Translations under genes and position numbers: made by a program
Source: a virus
Direction: 5' to 3' (one strand)
Length of the DNA stretch: 64,000 nt
IMG/VR virus record: IMGVR_UViG_3300036792_000267
Span: 87,378-151,377 of that record
Notes under the pieces: generated by a model
Told to the model about the DNA's origin: nothing
Database searches by the model: none
What the model saw: the letters and a program-made list of their open reading frames with translations, nothing else
Part shown: in pieces, positions 19,228-28,676 of the stretch
Numbering within the stretch: position 1 is the first letter of the stretch
How the letters are laid out: each line of letters starts with the position of its first letter

Positions 19228-19609
19228 CGTGGTACGAGGCGCAGTGATTGCTCTATCCTTGAGTGAAGGCCCCCGGGTCAGTCAGGCGACGTGTCCGTTC
19301 GAGCGAAGTTGGTACTGGTCTCACCCCGGGGGCCTTTGCTATGCTCCGGCACGAGACCAGTACAAAACTTCAGCTCGACATCGGCACTGTCGCCTTTTGC
19401 ATTTTGAACGGGCAGACCGCCTTCCTGTCGGCGCTTGTGCTGGTGGAGAAGCCCTGGGGCAGCTCTCCCCATGCGGACGGCGACAGACAGCCGGGGCACG
19501 GGCCGCCACCCTCGAACTTTTTTCGAGTTCTGGGGTAGGGGGCGAGCCATGCCCCGGCATGACAATAACGGCCCCTGTGTGCCCGGTGCGGTAACGTCAG
19601 TGTCCGGAG

Positions 19610-19936
19610 GTGAGCGTGCCAGTTGACCCTGACTTGTCGCTGCCAGGCCTGGCCGCGCGGGTGCGGCAGTTTCTCGGCCACATTGAGGACATGAGCGACG
19701 ATGAGCGGGTGTTCCTGCTCGGCGCGTTCGAGGGGGCGGTGGCCCGGCAGCAGCATGACCTGGACAGCGACGAGGCGCAGGCTGCGGTGGGCCGCTCGGT
19801 GGCGGCGCTGGAGGAGGACTGCTCGCAGGCCTGGCCCGGCTGCGTTCGCGGCGGCCTTGTCTGCGACTGCCGGCTGCGGGCGGTGCGCGCGGTCAACGCC
19901 CTGAAAATGCACCTGTCGCCCAGCGCGGGAAAATAA
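19610..19936 (+). CDS. Hypothetical protein
   Basis: GGAGGTG SD near start; ends just before bidirectional hairpin. Confidence 0.55.
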   Translation: MSVPVDPDLSLPGLAARVRQFLGHIEDMSDDERVFLLGAFEGAVARQQHDLDSDEAQAAVGRSVAALEEDCSQAWPGCVRGGLVCDCRLRAVRAVNALKMHLSPSAGK

Positions 19937-19937
19937 A

Positions 19938-19964
19938 GAACTCCGGGCCGCGGCCCGGAGTTCT
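19938..19964. terminator. Hairpin between convergent genes
   Basis: AGAACTCCGGGCC-G-CGGCCCGGAGTTCT inverted repeat. Confidence 0.6.
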
Positions 19965-19987
19965 CGTGTCCGCACGACACGCACATG

Positions 19988-20728
19988 CTACGGCTCGATG
20001 TCGGCCTCCACCACCTGGCCGGGCGGCAGGATGAACTCGGTGTAGGCGAGCAGCTTCTCCCCGGCCCGCCAGCCGCTCACCCCGGCGAGCACGTAGGCAC
20101 CGGCCTCCAGCCCCAGTGCCGGCAGCTCCCGCCGGTCGTCTTTCGCCTGCCGGCACTCGAATGCGACGCCCCCGGTCAGGCTGTCCGGGTCGATGCCGGC
20201 CCGGACGGCGATGAGGTGAGCTGCCCCCTTCGGGTCGGGCAGCGGCGCCCGCTCGCCCAGCTCGGGCACCCTGATGAACCAGTACGGGGAAACCCAGGTG
20301 ACGCTCAGCATGTGCGGGCTGCCGTCGGCCAGGGCGGTGACCTCCTCGCGGCGGATGACGGTGGCCCCGCGCTCGGGCAGGTCCAGCATCGGCACGATGT
20401 AGTCCGGCGCGTCGACCAGGCCGGCCGCGGTGACGGTCACCACCTCGGAGGCCGGCGCGATGTCCAGCCGCATCCGCTGCTGCGGTGACAGCGCCGCCCG
20501 CGGCTTGTCCACGTAGGTGCCGGACGGGTCGGTGCGCACCAGCCGCTCGGCCAGGTGCAGGTGGGCAACCGCCTGCTGGGCCACGGTGGGCGCCACCACC
20601 CACTCGGCGGCAATCGCCCTCACCGACGGCAGCAGGTCACCCTCGCGCAGCGCCCCGCTCAGGATTTCTTCCTTGTAGTGCTCGGCGATCTGCTGCCAGA
20701 GCGGCTTGTTCCGCTGGGCTCGGGGCAC
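19988..20728 (-). CDS. GntR/HutC-family repressor with UTRA-like domain (Kor-like)
   Basis: PLWQQIAEHYKEEILSGALREGDLLPSVRAIAAEW wHTH; divergent from tra-like operon, as in actinomycete conjugative plasmids. Confidence 0.85.
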   Translation of the reverse strand: MPRAQRNKPLWQQIAEHYKEEILSGALREGDLLPSVRAIAAEWVVAPTVAQQAVAHLHLAERLVRTDPSGTYVDKPRAALSPQQRMRLDIAPASEVVTVTAAGLVDAPDYIVPMLDLPERGATVIRREEVTALADGSPHMLSVTWVSPYWFIRVPELGERAPLPDPKGAAHLIAVRAGIDPDSLTGGVAFECRQAKDDRRELPALGLEAGAYVLAGVSGWRAGEKLLAYTEFILPPGQVVEADIEP

Positions 20729-20747
20729 GGTGGCCTCCTGTTATTCG

Positions 20748-20833
20748 GACGGTACGGGTACGCCTCGAATTTTACGCGCCTGCCGTCCAGTTCAGCGGAA
20801 CATATTGCGTACCTGTACCGTTCACCGTACAGT
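20748..20833. promoter_or_regulatory. Putative Kor operator (GTAC-rich inverted repeat) and divergent promoter
   Basis: GACGGTACGGGTACGC(20748) and GCGTACCTGTACCGTT(20807) are 14/16 inverted; TTGCGT-17-TACAGT. Confidence 0.55.
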
Positions 20834-20882
20834 GAGGGAATCGCAGTGATTCCACTGGAGACCGGCGGAGGGTCGCAGGGAG

Positions 20883-21146
20883 ATGAGCAAGGGCACAGAG
20901 GCAGCAGGGGACCGGCTGGTCCGGTGGTCGGACGCTGCCCTTGAACTCGGCGTGTCCGTCGACACCCTGGAGGCATGGCTGGAGGACGGGATCGTGCCGT
21001 TGCGGCGTACCCCCGGGCTGCGGCTCACCTGGCGGTCGTGGGTGGACGCGGTGCTGGCCCCCAGCGAGCCGGGCACTGACGGCGACATCGCCAAGGTGAC
21101 CGCCGCCTGGTGGGCGGCCCGCCGCCCGCTGGGGGAGGTGGCATGA
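20883..21146 (+). CDS. Excisionase/MerR-like HTH DNA-binding protein
   Basis: DAALELGVSVDTLEAWLEDGIVPLRRTPG. Confidence 0.7.
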   Translation: MSKGTEAAGDRLVRWSDAALELGVSVDTLEAWLEDGIVPLRRTPGLRLTWRSWVDAVLAPSEPGTDGDIAKVTAAWWAARRPLGEVA

Positions 21147-22009
21147 TGCGCGAGTTTTCTGCTGCTGTGATTACGGCGGTCCGCGAGCGCGCCTCCGCGC
21201 TGGTCATCGGGCTGTCGCTGGCGACCGTGGCACTGACCACGGGCTTCATTTCCTACACCCACATCAGCGCGCTGACCATCCACGAGCACCAGAGCTGGAA
21301 GAGCGCGCACCTGTACCCGCTGACCGTGGACGGCCAGATCGCCATCGGCTCGGTCATCCTCATGGAGATGAAGGGCAAGCACCGCTGGTGGGGCCTGGTC
21401 GGCTTCCTGCCGGGCCTGGTCGAGTCCCTGGTGGCCAACTGGGCGAGCGGCTGGCAGGGCCACAACCTGGGCGCGGCCCTGTGGTCCACGGTCCCCGCGC
21501 AGGCGTTCGCCTGCTCCACGTTCCTGTTCGAGATGTGGCTGCGGTACCGCCGCCGGGCGCAGCCGTCCGCGGTCACGGAATCCGGTGACGCGGCGCCGCC
21601 CCGCACCGCTACGCTGCTCGCTGAGTCTTCCCCGCAGGCACCCGGGCCCGCCGCACCCGCGGCCCAGGAAGCCGCCCCGGTGGACGTGCACCTGCACGCC
21701 GCGCCGGCGGGAGCGCCGTGGGGCCTGGTGAGCCCCGCGGCTGCTCCCCTGCCTGTCCCGTCGTTCGCCGTCCCGGTGGCGGGGCCGTTCATGACGCTGG
21801 CCAGCCGGCCGAAGCCGGCCCGCCCGCGCCGCCCGCAGGCGGTGCCGGGCGAGAACGACGAGCGGCTGCCGCTGCCGCAGGACCCGGCGGAGCTGCGCGC
21901 GCTGGTCAACTCGATGAGCCGCAACGCCCTGTGGCAGGGCTACCGGGTCTCCAAGCACGGCGCGGACAAGCTCCGCGATGACTACCTGGACGAGAGGGAG
22001 GTGGCCTGA
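21143..22009 (+). CDS. Membrane protein, DUF2637/Spd-like
   Basis: Four hydrophobic segments with ISYTHI...YPLTVDG, Pro-rich linker, C-terminal HTH-like end; directly upstream of traB-like gene. Confidence 0.6.
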   Translation: MMREFSAAVITAVRERASALVIGLSLATVALTTGFISYTHISALTIHEHQSWKSAHLYPLTVDGQIAIGSVILMEMKGKHRWWGLVGFLPGLVESLVANWASGWQGHNLGAALWSTVPAQAFACSTFLFEMWLRYRRRAQPSAVTESGDAAPPRTATLLAESSPQAPGPAAPAAQEAAPVDVHLHAAPAGAPWGLVSPAAAPLPVPSFAVPVAGPFMTLASRPKPARPRRPQAVPGENDERLPLPQDPAELRALVNSMSRNALWQGYRVSKHGADKLRDDYLDEREVA

Positions 22010-22010
22010 C

Positions 22011-24062
22011 ATGCCGTCGACCGACACCACGCCGACCATTAAGCAGCAGGCCAGGCACGCCCGCAGCGAGACGCTGAGCGTGCTGGTCCGCATGGGCGTG
22101 CCGTGGGCCGTCTTCCTCGCGCTGACCGTCATGGGCAACGTGCTCTACATCGCGCTCGGCAAGTTCGTGGACCACGGGGAGTACATCGGGCTGACCGCCG
22201 CGCTGCTGCTGGCCTCCGGCATCGGCACGGCGGCGTTCGACATGCACCTGCGCCGCCACCGGATGTCGGCGGTCGGCCGCCTCATCGGCCCGGTCACCAT
22301 CGGCGCTGGCGCCGCGATGGGCGGCGCGTTCCTGCTGGCCGGGTACTGGGTGCCGCTGGTGCTGGCGTGGGCGTTCGGCGGCATCTCCGGCTCGATCGGC
22401 TGGGACGCCTGGCTGCACCACGCCGCCCACCATGACCTGTCCGTCGGGTTCGGCGCGGCGACGGAGAAGGCGGGCCTGGGCACCGCGCGGGTGCTGCCCG
22501 CGACGGCCTCTGCCCGCAAGCCGGGTGACGCCCCGGCCAGGCCAGGGCGCAAGAGGGGCACGCCCGCCCGCCGCGTCCTGTCGGGCACGGTGGCGCTGGA
22601 GGGCGGCGAGGTCACCCCGGCCGACGCCGCCGAGCGCGCCGCCAACCTGGAGGGCGCGCTCGGCTTCCCGCCGGGCGCGCTGGGCCTCACCCAGAACTTC
22701 CGGCAGGCCGGCTTCGCCGACTACACCGTCTCCGACCCGGCGGTGCTCGCCGAGCCGTGGGCCTGGCCGGGCCCGAGCGCGCCCGGGGCGGGCATGGACA
22801 CCTCGTTCCGGCTGGCGGTGCGCCAGGACGGCGAGCCGTGGCTGGTGAACTTCGTGCCGGTCTTCCACACCCGGGGGACCGGGATGACCGGCACCGGCAA
22901 GACGATGAGCTGGCTGTGGAACCGGCTGGCGGAGGGGGTGACCCGCGAGGGCTACGCCGCGGTCGCGGTGGACGTGACGAAGATGTGGCAGTTCCTCGGT
23001 CCCGTCCGGGCCGGCCTGCACGCCGCCGCGGTCGACCCGCCCTCCGCGCTGAAGCTGTTCGCGGCGCTGGAGCGGGTGCGGGTGGCCCGCCTGGACTACC
23101 TGGCGAAAAACCACATGACCGAGTGGACGATGGGCTGCGGCCTGTCTTACCTGGACATCGCGCTGGAGGAGCTGGGCGAGATCCTGAAGGCACTCGCCGA
23201 GGCGTCCAAGGCGAGTGCCCGCGCGCCGTTCGGCGGCCAGGACCGCGGTCGGGCGACGGCGTTCGACATGGACACCTGGTTCACCAACGTCCGCTCCGGC
23301 CGCTCCACCGGGATGAGCTGGAACACCTCCAACCAGACCGGCAAGCACTCCAGCTTCCCGACCGACGTGCGCGGCAACTTCCACTCGCTCACCTTCGGGC
23401 TGGACGACGCCAACGACGTGAAGATGGCACTGTCCGACCGGCAGATGCGGGCCGGGGTCCGCCCCACCCTGTGGGGCAGCAGCCAGCCGGGCACGGCGGT
23501 GGCCGACTTCGAGGGGATGACCGAGCACGAGGCAGCCATGCCGGTGCGGTTCTTCGACTGGGGCAAGTCCCCGGCGGCCGGCCACGCCATCGCCGCCTAC
23601 ATGGAAGGCTGGGAGGCGGCCGGCCGGCCGTGGGACGACGTGACCGGCGAGGCGTTCGAGGCTGAGCCGGCCGACCCGGCCAGCTACGGGCTGCCCGGCC
23701 CCGGCGGCACGCTGCCCGGCCCCGGCCGGCCGCGCAAGGACTCGACGGTGGTGGCCGGGCCGTGGAAGGGGGCCGCCCCCGGCCCGGCCGTCCACCCGCA
23801 GGACGAGGAGGCCATCAGGGCCGAGCGGGCGCTGTGGCAGCTGCTGCTGAAGATGTACGCCGAGGGAACCGACGTGACGGGGGCGCACGAGATCATGACC
23901 CGCAAGGAGTTCGCGGCCACGGTGAACCGCTCGCGCGGGTGGATCTACACCGCGATGAAGGGCTTCGCCAACACCGGTCAGGCGCAGGCGCTGACCGGCG
24001 GGACCCGCCAGCAGTGGCGGATCGTCCCGCAGGCGCAAGTGCAGGCCGAGGGCGAGGACTGA
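22011..24062 (+). CDS. TraB-like FtsK/SpoIIIE-family conjugative DNA translocase
   Basis: N-terminal TM helices, Walker A GMTGTGKT, IALEE Walker-B-like, C-terminal wHTH RSRGWIY...G...WRI; GGAGGTG SD. Confidence 0.75.
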   Translation: MPSTDTTPTIKQQARHARSETLSVLVRMGVPWAVFLALTVMGNVLYIALGKFVDHGEYIGLTAALLLASGIGTAAFDMHLRRHRMSAVGRLIGPVTIGAGAAMGGAFLLAGYWVPLVLAWAFGGISGSIGWDAWLHHAAHHDLSVGFGAATEKAGLGTARVLPATASARKPGDAPARPGRKRGTPARRVLSGTVALEGGEVTPADAAERAANLEGALGFPPGALGLTQNFRQAGFADYTVSDPAVLAEPWAWPGPSAPGAGMDTSFRLAVRQDGEPWLVNFVPVFHTRGTGMTGTGKTMSWLWNRLAEGVTREGYAAVAVDVTKMWQFLGPVRAGLHAAAVDPPSALKLFAALERVRVARLDYLAKNHMTEWTMGCGLSYLDIALEELGEILKALAEASKASARAPFGGQDRGRATAFDMDTWFTNVRSGRSTGMSWNTSNQTGKHSSFPTDVRGNFHSLTFGLDDANDVKMALSDRQMRAGVRPTLWGSSQPGTAVADFEGMTEHEAAMPVRFFDWGKSPAAGHAIAAYMEGWEAAGRPWDDVTGEAFEAEPADPASYGLPGPGGTLPGPGRPRKDSTVVAGPWKGAAPGPAVHPQDEEAIRAERALWQLLLKMYAEGTDVTGAHEIMTRKEFAATVNRSRGWIYTAMKGFANTGQAQALTGGTRQQWRIVPQAQVQAEGED

Positions 24063-24118
24063 CAGCGGTGCCCGCCGCGCGTAACAGGTGCATGAGCAAG
24101 ACCGCGCAGGAGGAAGCA

Positions 24119-24310
24119 ATGACCCCCCAGTACCAGACGCTGGCTGAGCTGAAGCAGGCCGTGGACGCCGGCGAGGTCGCCGGCACGATGACCCTGGACA
24201 ACGACGAGGCGTTCTTCTACGCCGACGGGGTGTGCGTGTTCCGCGTTCACCCGTATGACCTGCTGCGCCAGTCCCTGGACCTGCTCGCCGTCCCGCACCA
24301 GGAGGCGTGA
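24119..24310 (+). CDS. Hypothetical protein
   Basis: AGGAGG SD, MTPQYQTLAELK... Confidence 0.6.
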   Translation: MTPQYQTLAELKQAVDAGEVAGTMTLDNDEAFFYADGVCVFRVHPYDLLRQSLDLLAVPHQEA

Positions 24311-24630
24311 TGCGAGTGACCCGGATCAGGCGCACCCGCTACCTGGCGCTGGCAATGCCGGGTGACCTGCGCGCTGGGCACCGCGTGAGGATAACCGCCG
24401 CCCACGGGGACCGGCTGGTGCACGCGGAGAACTCGGCCCGTGTCTCCCCCGGCCTGGTAAGGCTCACGGTGACGGAGATGAGCTTCCGGGGCTTCTCCGA
24501 CGTGGCCGTTCCCGGGGGACGCCGCCAGTCGTGCGGGAAATGCGGGGTGACCTGGCTGGGTAACCCGGGCAGCCCGTGCTGGTCCTGCGGCTCGTTCCTT
24601 GCCGGGCACCGCAGTGCGGGGGAAGCGTGA
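24307..24630 (+). CDS. Hypothetical protein with CxxC..CxxC
   Basis: Coupled ORF with SD. Confidence 0.5.
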   Translation: MMRVTRIRRTRYLALAMPGDLRAGHRVRITAAHGDRLVHAENSARVSPGLVRLTVTEMSFRGFSDVAVPGGRRQSCGKCGVTWLGNPGSPCWSCGSFLAGHRSAGEA

Positions 24631-24854
24631 GCGGGACCCCCGGCCGCAGGATGCAGGCGGCCCTCGCCTACGTGGCGGCCCACCCGGGCTGCTCCAAGTC
24701 CGACGCGGTGCGCGACCTGGGCGGCATCCCGCTGCGCCTGACCCCGGTGGACCGCTTGATTCGCCTGGGCTGGGTGCGGGCAGAGGCAGTTGCCCCCGGC
24801 AAGGGCTACCAGTTGTACGTGACCGAGCAGGGACGGGAGGCGGGAGCGCGGTGA
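24627..24854 (+). CDS. Small winged-helix protein
   Basis: AALAYVAAHPGCSKSD...VDRLIRLGWV...YQLYVTEQG. Confidence 0.6.
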   Translation: MSGTPGRRMQAALAYVAAHPGCSKSDAVRDLGGIPLRLTPVDRLIRLGWVRAEAVAPGKGYQLYVTEQGREAGAR

Positions 24855-25360
24855 GGTGCGCGCGCTGCGGTAAGCCCCTGTACCAGGACGCGGACGGCTG
24901 GTACAGCCAGGTCACCGTGACTGACGACGAGGTGCCGGGCCTCGCATTCGCGGACCGCGTGCACGAGTGCGACGGGAAGCCTCATGACGTGGTGAGTGAG
25001 TCGCTGGACGTGAACCCCCGGCCGATGGAGGTCGCCGCCGCGTGGCTGCCCGCCGGGTGCCGGGTCAGCCTGCGAGGCAGGGACATCCCCAACCCGGACC
25101 TGGAGAACCCCCGGTACGTGGTGGCCGGCTGGCACGAGGTGTCCGGCGGCGCGCTCATCTGCGTGTACGGGGGCTGGCAGGGCATCCGTAACGGGCAGCG
25201 CAAGGATTCTCGCCCGGTGTGGGACGAGGCCGCGACGTTCCTGCGGCAGGCTGCCCGGCAGGACAAGGGCCCGGTCGCCGTCTACGTGGCGATCGAGTCG
25301 CGGGAGAAGTACGGGCGGGCGTACCTGGTCGCGGTGCGGGTCCGGAGCGCAGCCCGGTGA
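24851..25360 (+). CDS. Hypothetical protein
   Basis: GTGA-coupled ORF. Confidence 0.55.
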   Translation: MRCARCGKPLYQDADGWYSQVTVTDDEVPGLAFADRVHECDGKPHDVVSESLDVNPRPMEVAAAWLPAGCRVSLRGRDIPNPDLENPRYVVAGWHEVSGGALICVYGGWQGIRNGQRKDSRPVWDEAATFLRQAARQDKGPVAVYVAIESREKYGRAYLVAVRVRSAAR

Positions 25361-25390
25361 GCCCGTCAGCGGGGGCCCGTCAGGGGAAAC

Positions 25391-25443
25391 TGCGTACCGG
25401 ATGTGAACCGTGTACGGGCTACACGCGGTGTACGAGGTACGCA
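25391..25443. promoter_or_regulatory. Second GTAC-rich operator-like site
   Basis: TGCGTACC...GGTACGCA inverted repeat sharing the GCGTACC half-site with 20807. Confidence 0.4.
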
Positions 25444-25720
25444 AAGCCGAAGGCCAAACCACAAAGTGACCGGATGACACTGACAGTAACCGCCCCGGAG
25501 GGCCCCCCGGCTCCCCGCACCCTCGGGAGCAGCCCCAGGAGGGCCGCAGCGGCCCCGGGAGGGCACGGGGAGGCCCGCGTGCGCGCGAGGGGCGCGCTGT
25601 GGCCGCAGGGCGGCTCTGCGCGCCGTACATCGTGCGCTGAGGGGGGTCATGAACCGCAGGATATCCTGAGCCTGAGCGCCCGTCTCCCGGGCGTACTGCG
25701 GCCAGGAGGTCAACCGGGCT

Positions 25721-25897
25721 ATGACGACGCGTACCGCGCGGCTGTGGGCCGTCCTGGCGGGCCTGGCAGCGATCGTAGTGAGCACCCTGGCAGGCACCGT
25801 GCTCTCCGAGGTGCTGGCGGGGATTGCCTGCATCCTCCTTGCGGCCTTCCTGGTGGCCCTCGACGGCCTGCGGAAACGCGGCCACACCCGCCGCTAG
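25721..25897 (+). CDS. Small membrane protein (58 aa)
   Basis: AGGAGGT SD; two hydrophobic helices and basic C-terminus. Confidence 0.55.
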   Translation: MTTRTARLWAVLAGLAAIVVSTLAGTVLSEVLAGIACILLAAFLVALDGLRKRGHTRR

Positions 25898-26190
25898 CCG
25901 CAGGATGCGCGAAAAATACCCTGCCGTGCCGAATTTATTCTTCAGTCCTCACGGCCCCGAGCCGAAGATTCTTCGGCTGGGTACCCCGTCAGCCCGCGCC
26001 GGGTGCGTGTCAGGGTGATTGTGGTTGCCGCGCTGACCGGCTGACAGTGATTGCGCAGGTCAGCGGGCTGTGCTGTCGCGCGCTAAACGGAGGTTCAGCG
26101 CTGGCCGGGCCCCGTCTTCCTGGTTGCCGGCCCGTGAGCCCGGTTAACTTCTCGCAGGTCACTGAGTTGTACCTGAAACGGAGGGTCCCC

Positions 26191-26664
26191 GTGCCCAACT
26201 GGTTCCGCCGTGCCCGCGAGGCGCAGCGTGAGGTTACCCCGCTGGCCATGTACCGCGCCGGGCTGGTCGACTGGCCGGGGCCGGAGGTCACCCCGCTGGA
26301 GATGTACGGCGCGAAGCGCTCGCCTGACTTCTCCGGCTGGTGGGTGTACGCGCTCGCCGACAAGGAGGGGCGCGTGTGGCGTGCCGGGCAGTCGTCCCGC
26401 CTGTGGTCCCGCTGGCGCGACTACTTCTACACCTACGGCGAGCGGTTCACCGCGTCGGACAAGTGGCTCATCCCGGTGGCGAACGAGGCCGAGGCCGACC
26501 TCATCGAGCTGGTGCTGATCCACTTCTACGATCCTGAGTGCAACACCAAGGGGCGGCGCGCTGACCTGGAGGCCAAGGTCAGGGCGTGGGGGCGCGGCAC
26601 CCAGCAGTACAAGCGCGGCGAAGGGTGGCCTGATCGTCTTGACCAGAAGCAAGTAACCCCCTAG
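26191..26664 (+). CDS. GIY-YIG-like nuclease
   Basis: WVYALAD...RAGQSSRLWSRW...E..LI..YDPECN; GGAGG SD; duplicated EVTPLxMY motif. Confidence 0.6.
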   Translation: MPNWFRRAREAQREVTPLAMYRAGLVDWPGPEVTPLEMYGAKRSPDFSGWWVYALADKEGRVWRAGQSSRLWSRWRDYFYTYGERFTASDKWLIPVANEAEADLIELVLIHFYDPECNTKGRRADLEAKVRAWGRGTQQYKRGEGWPDRLDQKQVTP

Positions 26665-26702
26665 ACTTGAGTCAAGCAACCGAGATTCGGGGAGGCACTT
26701 AC
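26638..26702 (+). promoter_or_regulatory. Cassette promoter/leader element (variant)
   Basis: TTGACC-17-TAGACT, palindrome variants, GCAACCGAG, GGGAGGCAC then ATG 26703. Confidence 0.65.
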
Positions 26703-26912
26703 ATGGCAGACCAGCCCAGGCAGGGCGCCGCGCGGCTGACCCCTGCTGACCTGACCCTGCTGAGCAGGCAGAACGCGTCTTACGCCCGGACCGCCCGCGC
26801 AGCTGGCTGCCCGCGGATCGCTGCGCGGGCTGCTAAGGCCGCGGTCTACTACCGGGACCGGAGGGCAGCCCCCTCCCGGGACGCCCGCGCGATGAGGGGG
26901 CGAGCGGCGTGA
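26703..26912 (+). CDS. Hypothetical protein
   Basis: ATG after leader motif. Confidence 0.55.
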   Translation: MADQPRQGAARLTPADLTLLSRQNASYARTARAAGCPRIAARAAKAAVYYRDRRAAPSRDARAMRGRAA

Positions 26913-27382
26913 GGCGCAAGCTCGCCGTCGTCTTCGCCGCGGTCGTCCTGCTGGTCCTCTACCTGCACCGCTCCGTCGTCCACCAGGTCTGCGTGGACAC
27001 GGCCCTCGGGCTGGCCTGCCTGGCCGGCCTCTGCCTGGCCGTGGCCGTCACGGTGCGCGCAGCCGGCCGCAAGCCGGTCCAGCCGGCCAGGAAGCGGGCA
27101 GTCGTCCAGCCGGCCGCGGTTGAGCGGCCGAGGGCCAGCCGGCCAGGCGACCCGTGCGCCGAGGCGTGCGGCCGGCCGGCCACCCGGATGTTCGAGCGGT
27201 GGCCGGTCTGCGAGAACTGCGGCGGCCGGCTGGACGCGGCAGCCGCGTGCGCGGCCGGCCGCAGGCTCGCCCCCGAGCCGGCCGAAGACGACATCCCGCA
27301 CCTGACCCAGCCGCCGGTCATCCCCGCCGGGGAGACCATCGGCACCATCGACATGAGCGACTTCGAGAAGAGGGCATCGTGA
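26909..27382 (+). CDS. Hypothetical membrane protein with Cys cluster
   Basis: Coupled ORF, two TM segments. Confidence 0.55.
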   Translation: MRRKLAVVFAAVVLLVLYLHRSVVHQVCVDTALGLACLAGLCLAVAVTVRAAGRKPVQPARKRAVVQPAAVERPRASRPGDPCAEACGRPATRMFERWPVCENCGGRLDAAAACAAGRRLAPEPAEDDIPHLTQPPVIPAGETIGTIDMSDFEKRAS

Positions 27383-27663
27383 CTGACTTCTCCGCACTGG
27401 ACCGCGCCGACGACTTCGTGTATGCGGTGGGCCGTTGGATCGGCAACCGCGCCGCTGCCGTCGGCCTGGGTGCGTGGAACACCGCGCCCGAGCACGCGCC
27501 GCAGCGTGCCCGGGCTGCGCGCCTGATGGACCGCGCCGCCCTTCGCGTCGGCGCCGAGGTGCGCCGCCTGGAGGAGCGCGGCGGCACTGACCACCGTGAC
27601 TCCATCGCCCACCTGCACAAGCGCAACCAGGCGCGGGACCTGGCGTCCCGCGCCGCCCGTTAG
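27379..27663 (+). CDS. Hypothetical protein
   Basis: GTGA-coupled ORF. Confidence 0.55.
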   Translation: MTDFSALDRADDFVYAVGRWIGNRAAAVGLGAWNTAPEHAPQRARAARLMDRAALRVGAEVRRLEERGGTDHRDSIAHLHKRNQARDLASRAAR

Positions 27664-27671
27664 GAGAAACC

Positions 27672-27851
27672 GTGACCGGACTCATTGTCGCCATTATCGT
27701 CATCGCCCTGGTCGTCCACCTGACTGGCGGGCTGTTCCACCATGCCCGCTACCGCCGCGGCGGGCACCGCCTCAACATCGGCTGGTCGCTGCGGCGCGGG
27801 TGGTGGGCGGACACCCGCATCTTCGGCGGCAGCTACTACCACCGCCTGTAG
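27672..27851 (+). CDS. Small membrane protein (59 aa)
   Basis: AGGAG SD; MTGLIVAIIVIALVVHL... Confidence 0.55.
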   Translation: MTGLIVAIIVIALVVHLTGGLFHHARYRRGGHRLNIGWSLRRGWWADTRIFGGSYYHRL

Positions 27852-27863
27852 GAGGCACGGGCC

Positions 27864-28031
27864 ATGCCAGTCACTGACGAGGACATCGCCTCGCTGCTTT
27901 GCGACGCGGTCGCCATCATCGACAACGTGCTGCCTGTTACCGGCAGCCCCGAACTCACCATTGAGGACACCCTGAACATGCGCGCTGCCGCCCTTCCCGT
28001 GGTACTGACCACGCTGCTGGGCCGGCAGTAG
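27864..28031 (+). CDS. Small hypothetical protein (55 aa)
   Basis: AGGAGG SD; MPVTDEDIASLL... Confidence 0.5.
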   Translation: MPVTDEDIASLLCDAVAIIDNVLPVTGSPELTIEDTLNMRAAALPVVLTTLLGRQ

Positions 28032-28033
28032 CC

Positions 28034-28240
28034 ATGCAGGCCCTGCGAGCCGTAGCCGTCACCCTGCTGTCGATGCTGGCAGCGGCGCTGGCGGCTACAG
28101 CCGTCTTCGCGGTCGCTGACCGCTCCTGGTACGCGGCGGTGGCTTACGGGATCGACGCTCTTGCCGCCGCCCTGGCGGTGGCGCTGCTGTTCCGTGCCTA
28201 CGTGCGGCACTCACCACGACACAAGGGAAGGCACGAATGA
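28034..28240 (+). CDS. Small membrane protein
   Basis: Two hydrophobic helices. Confidence 0.5.
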   Translation: MQALRAVAVTLLSMLAAALAATAVFAVADRSWYAAVAYGIDALAAALAVALLFRAYVRHSPRHKGRHE

Positions 28241-28623
28241 GCATCATCGGTTACGTCCGCTGGCGGCGGAGTCCGGCGGGGCGCGAGGCCTACCGCGCCT
28301 ACGCGCAGGGCCGCAAGGCTGTCGACCAGGCGGCCAGGACCGCGGGGTTCTGGGCCCGGAAGCGCGAGGCGCGCGCGTACCGTCGCGAGCACCCGCCTTA
28401 CAACTCCCGCAGGGCCCGCCAGGCGCGGGCTGACGCGGCGCTCCGCCGGGCGCGCGAGGCCCCGCTCATGGTGCCGTCGCAGGTCACCGACCAGTGGTCC
28501 GACGGGCGCCAGCGGGTGACCGACTACGACACCCGCACCGGGCGCAAGATCCGCGTGCACACGACCCGCAGCCGCGCCAGGGACGCTGACGGCATGCGGC
28601 CGAGGCAGCACCGCACCCGCTAG
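28237..28623 (+). CDS. Arg-rich hypothetical protein
   Basis: AAGGGAAGGCAC leader variant before ATG. Confidence 0.55.
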   Translation: MSIIGYVRWRRSPAGREAYRAYAQGRKAVDQAARTAGFWARKREARAYRREHPPYNSRRARQARADAALRRAREAPLMVPSQVTDQWSDGRQRVTDYDTRTGRKIRVHTTRSRARDADGMRPRQHRTR

Positions 28624-28639
28624 GGATAGACTTTCATTA

Positions 28640-28676
28640 CTTTACTCAAGACAAGCCAACGGGTAGAGTGAGAGCT
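28640..28676 (+). promoter_or_regulatory. Degenerate cassette promoter
   Basis: CTTTACTCAAGACAAG; TTTACT-17-TAGAGT. Confidence 0.45.

Noticed and set aside
17500-20000. Lysis cassette after the tail genes
   Set aside because: No endolysin or holin motifs recognised; presumably elsewhere in the genome
25219-26190. 481-aa ORF start at 25219, and a TraB clt 8-bp repeat array here
   Set aside because: The upstream part is low-complexity and overlaps a better small ORF, so the SD-supported start is 26191; no regular 8-bp direct-repeat array was found by eye
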